Below are positions 48,924 to 64,000 of a stretch of DNA of 64,000 nucleotides, one piece after another. The DNA comes from Mizuhopecten yessoensis (Eukaryota): the NCBI RefSeq assembly GCF_002113885.1, contig NW_018404348.1, forward strand, positions 198,364 to 262,363, read 5' to 3'. The position numbers and the translations under genes were made by a program. Below the pieces are notes generated by a model. The model had not been told where the DNA came from, did no database searches, and saw nothing but the letters and a program-made list of their open reading frames with translations. The stretch's first letter is position 1, and every line of letters starts with the position of its first letter.

Positions 48924-49246
48924 GGAGGCACGGTAGTCTAGTGGTAGGACGCCGGGCTCGTGACCTCAGGGTTGCTGGTTCGAGTCACGTCACGGCACGG
49001 TGTTGTATCTTTGAACTAAATACTTTATTCCGCTTGTTCCAGTCTACTCAGCTGTACTTGAGTACGTGGTTGAGCAGAGCTAGAATTGTTGAATGCTAGC
49101 TGTGAGATCCGAAATGGCAGCACCAGCTGTATGCTCCCCAAGGAGTTGAGAAAGATACCAAGGACAATAATTTGTGAACCGCTTTGAGACGACATACAAA
49201 CTACGTTGTGATAAAGCGGTATAAAAAAATCTCGAAATATTATTAT
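48924..49246 (+). mobile_element. Full-length tRNA-derived SINE
   Basis: A-box ggtagtctagtggtagg, B-box ggttcgagtc, body shared with 2365-2660, (tat)n tail. Confidence 0.8.
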
Positions 49247-49454
49247 ATGTATAATACTTTTAATGTCAATAGTGGCAAAAGTAAGAGATGTCACAATTAG
49301 CACAATAAATGTCAATAGTGGCAAAACCCCCAGATGTCAGATGTATAGATGTCAATAGTGGCAAAATTAACACATGTGAAAAGAATGATACAAGTTCCTC
49401 TCATTTCTTATTCCTCTATCCCTTTCTTTCTTCCTCTATAACAGTACATAAATA

Positions 49455-50075
49455 GAGAATAATACATGTCTTTTTCCATATAACACCCAGTATAAATCCG
49501 AGACTGCAATATCAGTACAAGGACCGAAGGCCCAAGGGCTGATATTGGTCGAGGGTTGATACTGGGTGTGATATGGAAAAAGGCATTTTTTATTCTGTTT
49601 ATTACATACTTACTAATAAAAGCTACTACCTTATAATCTATTTTCTTTTGAAATATTGAAAAACGAAAATAAAATCCAAAAGAGGTGTGATGCGAGTTTT
49701 GCGAGCTGATACAGGTTTTGGGGTGTCATACAGGTTTTGCAGGCTGATACAGGTTTTGGGGTGTCATACGGGTTTTGCGGGCTGATAAAGGGTTTTGGGG
49801 TGTCATACGGGTTTTGCGGGCTGATACAGGTTTTGGGGTGTCCTACGGGTTTTGGGGTGTCATGCGGGTTTTGCGGGCTGATACAGGTTTTGGGGTGTGA
49901 TAAGGGTTTTGCGGGCTGATACGGGTTTTGTGGGCCGGTACAGGTTTTGGGGTGTGATACAGCTGGGGCTGATACGGTTTTTGGGGTGTCATATGGCGAG
50001 GGCTGATATGGGTAAGAGCAATTGTGTCGTATCGCATATTCAAAAAACCTGTATTTAATAGTAAGTATGTAATAA
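49455..50075. mobile_element. Foldback non-autonomous element (Crypton-like?) with an internal ~39-bp tandem repeat
   Basis: Hairpin at 49470-49583; 22-bp inverted repeats at 49599-49620 and 50054-50075; ggttttggggtgtcatac repeats at 49690-50005. Confidence 0.55.
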
Positions 50076-50218
50076 CACTTGATATACCAGGTTCAATATA
50101 TTTCTCACCTATAATTATTGCATACATGTCATGTTAAGCAATGTGATATGGCTTAATTTTATATAGAGTTATGAATGAAAACAATTGCCCGAGTGAATAA
50201 TAGTAATTCAAAATTGGT

Positions 50219-50374
50219 ATAATATTCAATTATAGCCTTTGGCTGAGGTCGATACCTGGATTTATCGACCCGAGAAAAGATATATTGACCGAGGACGCAG
50301 TCCGAGGTTTATAAATCTTTTCTCGGGTCAATAAATCCAGGTATTAACCGGAGTTAAAGGCTTCAATTGTTTTA
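50219..50374. repeat. Long inverted repeat/hairpin (second foldback element)
   Basis: Arms tacctggatttatcgacccgagaaaagat and atcttttctcgggtcaataaatccaggta. Confidence 0.75.
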
Positions 50375-51649
50375 TTATTTTACAAAACAGTAATGTTTGC
50401 AAACTAAAAAAAACACACAACAAAAAAGCTTCGGGAGTGGGACGGTGTATTGTTTGGAGACACGTCATAATTCTATTTTTAGAAACACCCAGTCCTTCAA
50501 CAAAAATCACGCGCTCCAAGTCAATATCGTTTTTTATCGGAGGACACGTGATGCACTCCTGGCCAATCACTTGTCGGGAATAATATGAAAAAATAATAAC
50601 TCATATTATTTTATATTTGAGAATGCAAAAAAAATGGGGGCAAAGCAATAAAAGAAAATGAGTGAGAACAGAGAATGTGTAACTGAAATATACCTGTAAT
50701 GTACTGTTAAAAAATTACAGTGATCTGTTTTAGGGGAAGTTTTCTCAATATAGTAAGGGTTGGACAAATAAGGATCAACACAAATTTAAAACTTCCATAT
50801 ATATATATATATTGTCAAAATTAATCTCTGAGGTGTAATATTAAAATTGCCTGATCTTTAATAAAGATAAAATAAAAACACATTAAAAATATCTTTAAAT
50901 CACTGAGTAAGAACATGACACAACTTCAATCCTGTGGTAAAAACAGATATAACATTAAGTTTAAAATCTACATGTAAAATATTCCAATATTGAAGTAAAC
51001 GTTTAGGCAAACAACACATCTTTGAGCATTACCAAAAGTATCACAAAAAAATCATTTTTCATCTACAATATGTCTAACAACCTATGTTGATATAAATACA
51101 AAATTAATGTAGTTTTAAGAAAGATACAATTGTATAGGTCAAAATAAGAAATAGGTATGTTGTATGTTTTTTCAGGTAACATGACTGAAAAAAGGGTAGG
51201 TCCGTAGGAATATATATAAAAAAAAATAGGGGTTGGGGGGTGGGGCTAGTTTAAGGAATTCTGGCCAATATCATTTATTTTTCATTATGTTTTATGGTCT
51301 TTAGATCATTATGTGGGATGTGATACCTGCCTATGAAATAGACATGTGTAATGAGAAAAAAAATATACTAGGGACCGTAAAAACTAGGGTCGGTCAGGGA
51401 ACCTGAAACATACATAATTTGTTTGGCCTTAACAAAGAAAGTGTGGAGAACTTTTTTGTTACAGGTTTGTTTCATGATCACTAAACAATCTCCTGTTAAG
51501 TAATGTTGATAAGGCAGATATGTTTTTGTATAATAGGTTATCTAGGATCTCTACTGCATTGACCATTCAATGTCAGCTTTGACTTTTACCTAAAACCTGG
51601 TAAGAGGTAGGAGAAAAAAGCTAGTATGGTTGATATAAAATGTATGCTG

Positions 51650-52062
51650 TCCACTGTAGAACTTGGTGTACAAACTACACTGTAGAACTTGGTGTACAAA
51701 CTCTACTGTAGAACTTGGTGTACAAACTCCAGTGTAGAACTTGGTGTACAAACTACACTGTAGAACTTGGTGTACAAACTCCAGTGTCAAACTTTGTGTA
51801 CAGACTCCACTGGTGTACAAACTCCAGTGTAGAACTTGGTGTACAAACTCCAGTGTAGAACTTGGTGTACAAACTCCAGTGTAGAACTTGGTGTACAAAC
51901 TCCACTATAGAACTTGGTATACACACTCCACTGTAGAACGTAGTGTACAAACTCCAGTGTAGAACTTAGTGTACAAACTCCAGTGTAGAACTTGGTGTAC
52001 AAACTCCAGTGTAGAACTTGGTGTACAAACTCAACTGTAGAACTTGGTGTACACACTCCACT
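51650..52062. repeat. 26-bp minisatellite (~15 copies)
   Basis: Unit ctccagtgtagaacttggtgtacaaa. Confidence 0.95.
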
Positions 52063-52366
52063 GCCTATGATAGAATATTGGTAGGTCCTCCATATGTAAA
52101 TCTACTAAATTGCCACAAAGGAGTTATTTGACACTGAATACAACATCATCAACCAGATCTTTCCCGGAGGTCAGAAATGTTCGTTCCGGTGATGCTATTT
52201 ATGAAAAATGATGTCATGATATGATGCTGATCGGCCGTGGCATCTTTTTTTTGTCTTTTATTTCTCTGTCTAAAAACTTTTCTCAGCTGAAGGCCAGAGT
52301 GACCCTACTCCATCACCCAATATTTATCTTAAACTAAGACTTCAATACTTTGACTGTTTACACTAC

Positions 52367-54538
52367 CTACATATCCTGGTTAAATTTCTGGTGTACTTTA
52401 TCACTTCCAAAGAAGGCTTCAAGTACTTTGACCACCACCAGTTTGGCTGAACTTGCAAAGTTCTCATGATTTTCAGACACAAACTTGACCATTGGCTCCA
52501 ACTCGAAGTCCACAAAGGTCAGAGTTTGGTGTTCAAACTTGTCCTTCGGTCCACTGGTGAAGCGTGCCTTAATATTTTCTGCACTCAGGCGATGCTGCTC
52601 AGCTATCCTCTCATCTTTCAGGTCGACAAAGCCACACATGCCCCACTCATGGAAGTCAAACTTAAGGTATATTGTTGTCAGGCAAATGGCATCTAAATCT
52701 TTCCCAGTCAACTCCAGACCTATTTCCTCCATTAATCCCCTCACAGCTGTGCTCAGTAGATTGACATGTGTATCACCTCCACTTTTAATATAGTCTGGTT
52801 TGGAAACACTCTCTACTGCCCCACATGTAAAATTTCCTGGGCTTGACATGCCCTTTCTTCTTGCTCTCTGGGGAAATACAAACTTCTGAGGCTTGTCTGG
52901 ACCCTCATTGGTCAGAATGGCAACATGGAGTCCAAATGAATTGCTGAAGTATGGATGGACATCCCCTTTGTAAGGGACTTCCGTATTTTTTTCTGTGGGA
53001 GAGAGTGACATCCAAATTTCTCGCATACTTCTATGATGGCAATAGTCAGACTCCTCAAAGAGCAGATCAATTGTTTGCTTTTCATCCTCTCCAGGTCTGG
53101 CTAACACCAAACCTTTCAGTGCAGTTGTAGGATTGTTATCTATCTCTCTCTTCTTAGCCATGTTTAGATATTTTTGAAGACAGTCCTGGTACAGAGCTAA
53201 CTCATCATCCTGTGCCCATTGGTCAGGTATGTCTCGATATGGGGCATTTCTGGTTTCTATCTTACATATCAAGTCTTTGTGGTCATAGCCTGTTGGCCTC
53301 TTTCTGGTACCAGATTCAAAGTAGCCTTGTTTTGCATCACCTTCTTCTATGCAGGAATCTGCCACAAATATGTCAGTTTTCTCCATGAATCCACAGGAGA
53401 AAAACTCCACCTGTGTAGGATCAATCTGGTATGGATTCTTATCCACGGAGAAATATTCTGTCAACAGATCTTTGGCGCTCTTTCTTGCTTCCGGATCAAG
53501 TTGCACACATGTTTCAATAACTGTTCGTAGAGTCCCTTCCAGGGATTTTGGTAATTCCACAGGGTCACTGTCTGGCTCACTGTCAGGTGTTGATGAAGAA
53601 AGTCGTGAAGAGGATATATTGGCCAAAGCTTTCTTTCCAGTGAGTGTATAAGCCATCACCAATCCAAATGAATACATGTCTCCTCGTTGGTAATCCTCAA
53701 TGAGGAATTCTTTCTCCTCATATCTGGCAAACTCTGGGGCTCCCCATCGAATATTTAAATAGTAAGAACTTCCACCTCGAAATCTTGATGATCCAGAAGG
53801 TCTGACATAGTCCATTTGCTTTGTGTCATTGTGGCTGTACCATGCCAGCCCGAAGTCTGCCACTTTCACCAAGATGCGGTTAGGCCCCACCTCTATGAGG
53901 ATGTTGTCCGGCTTCAGGTCCCGATGTACCACGTCCAGAGAGTGGAGGTAGGCTAAAGCACTAGATATCTGCTTACCGACACTCCACGTCTGGCTCTCAG
54001 TTAGACCATGTCTCTCATGTGTTTCCAGATCCTTAATGTACTGGAACAAGTTCTTGGACATGAACTCCATCACCAGGAACATGTGTTGGTCCCCATCTAA
54101 CACATTTCCATGTAGGTCCGGCAACAACTCTCTCATTTCATTCTCAGTCATATAACCCATGCCACGGTAAGCCACAATGTTGTCATGAGTTAGATAACGG
54201 AGCAGGTCAGATTCACGGAATTTAGTCTTAGCTTGTTCTTTAAGTGTTTTGACAGCCACCCTTGATCCATTCAATTTACACTCAAAGACCATTCCAAAAT
54301 GGCCCTCACCAAGGAATTTCCTCTCATTCAAGCTACTTGGCGCCACGCAGGCGATGGAGGAAGATTTCTTTGAAAGTTGAAGCAAATCTTTCACGTGGTC
54401 ATAGATCGTGTTAACAATGGATTTAACTTCCTTAACTGTTATGTCTAGTTTTTCGCTTATTCCCGAAAAACTTTTGAAAAGATTATCAATCGTTTGAAAG
54501 CATTCTTTCAGCTGTTCTGATCGTGTATCCGGATCCAT
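52367..54538 (-). CDS. Kinase-Nudix fusion protein B (723 aa from ATG 54538): helical N-terminus, TKL-like kinase, NUDT22-like Nudix domain; single coding exon
   Basis: GEGHFG, VAVK, HRDLKPDN, DFG, RWGAPE, DMYSFG and RGLMEEIGL. First ATG (MDPD) aligns with MDLL of paralogue A; the ORF-track start at 54547 is a TTG. Confidence 0.92.
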   Translation of the reverse strand: MDPDTRSEQLKECFQTIDNLFKSFSGISEKLDITVKEVKSIVNTIYDHVKDLLQLSKKSSSIACVAPSSLNERKFLGEGHFGMVFECKLNGSRVAVKTLKEQAKTKFRESDLLRYLTHDNIVAYRGMGYMTENEMRELLPDLHGNVLDGDQHMFLVMEFMSKNLFQYIKDLETHERHGLTESQTWSVGKQISSALAYLHSLDVVHRDLKPDNILIEVGPNRILVKVADFGLAWYSHNDTKQMDYVRPSGSSRFRGGSSYYLNIRWGAPEFARYEEKEFLIEDYQRGDMYSFGLVMAYTLTGKKALANISSSRLSSSTPDSEPDSDPVELPKSLEGTLRTVIETCVQLDPEARKSAKDLLTEYFSVDKNPYQIDPTQVEFFSCGFMEKTDIFVADSCIEEGDAKQGYFESGTRKRPTGYDHKDLICKIETRNAPYRDIPDQWAQDDELALYQDCLQKYLNMAKKREIDNNPTTALKGLVLARPGEDEKQTIDLLFEESDYCHHRSMREIWMSLSPTEKNTEVPYKGDVHPYFSNSFGLHVAILTNEGPDKPQKFVFPQRARRKGMSSPGNFTCGAVESVSKPDYIKSGGDTHVNLLSTAVRGLMEEIGLELTGKDLDAICLTTIYLKFDFHEWGMCGFVDLKDERIAEQHRLSAENIKARFTSGPKDKFEHQTLTFVDFELEPMVKFVSENHENFASSAKLVVVKVLEAFFGSDKVHQKFNQDM

Positions 54539-54716
54539 GATAATCAACTTTTAAACTTCCTGATCAAAATGAAAGTAGTATTCGGAACATCTCGGATATT
54601 TCGGAACGCGTCGGCCGATTATACCGTTGCACATGGTAGGCTGAGGTAACTGTTTTGACAGCTCCAGTACTAGTTCAGTCTCGGGTCAAGGTTATACACG
54701 ATATATAGTGGCTAGC
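54539..54716. promoter_or_regulatory. Head-to-head interval (178 bp) between kinase-Nudix B and GBE1; probable shared promoter/5'UTR region
   Basis: Divergent ATGs at 54538 and 54717; locally CpG-rich; ETS-like ACTTCCTG and repeated TTCGGAAC. Confidence 0.6.
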
Positions 54717-63998
<9,282 letters not shown>

Positions 63999-64000
63999 TG

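Noticed and set aside
41529-54538. Kinase-Nudix genes as bacterial contamination or pseudogenes
   Set aside because: They are embedded among host repeats without gaps, lie 178 bp from spliced GBE1, have intact ORFs and catalytic motifs, and show synonymous-biased divergence.
54539-54547. ORF-track start of kinase B at 54547
   Set aside because: It is a TTG; the first ATG at 54538 aligns with paralogue A's start.

Overview
AT-rich eukaryotic genomic DNA, most likely a bivalve mollusc (inferred from the repeat landscape and spliceosomal gene structures). It holds a complete 4-coding-exon SKP1 (minus strand, 17570-26412) and the first 6 exons of the glycogen branching enzyme GBE1 (plus strand, from 54717). 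Between them lie two tandem paralogues with intronless CDSs (41529-44330 and 52367-54538, minus). They encode an unusual architecture: a short helical N-terminus, an intact TKL-like protein kinase, and a C-terminal NUDT22-like Nudix hydrolase with an RGLMEEIG box. The second paralogue is head-to-head with GBE1 (178 bp between ATGs), and its putative 5'UTR exon may overlap GBE1 exon 1. This kinase-Nudix pair is the best candidate for an undescribed system. The rest is mostly repeats: five large LINE remnants, several Helentron-type (HINE) satellite-carrying elements, tRNA-bearing TRIM-like LTR elements, SINEs, MITEs, a DIRS-type tyrosine-recombinase relic that has become a composite minisatellite, many tandem arrays and a 931-N gap. 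All family assignments come from motif recognition by eye, without database searches.
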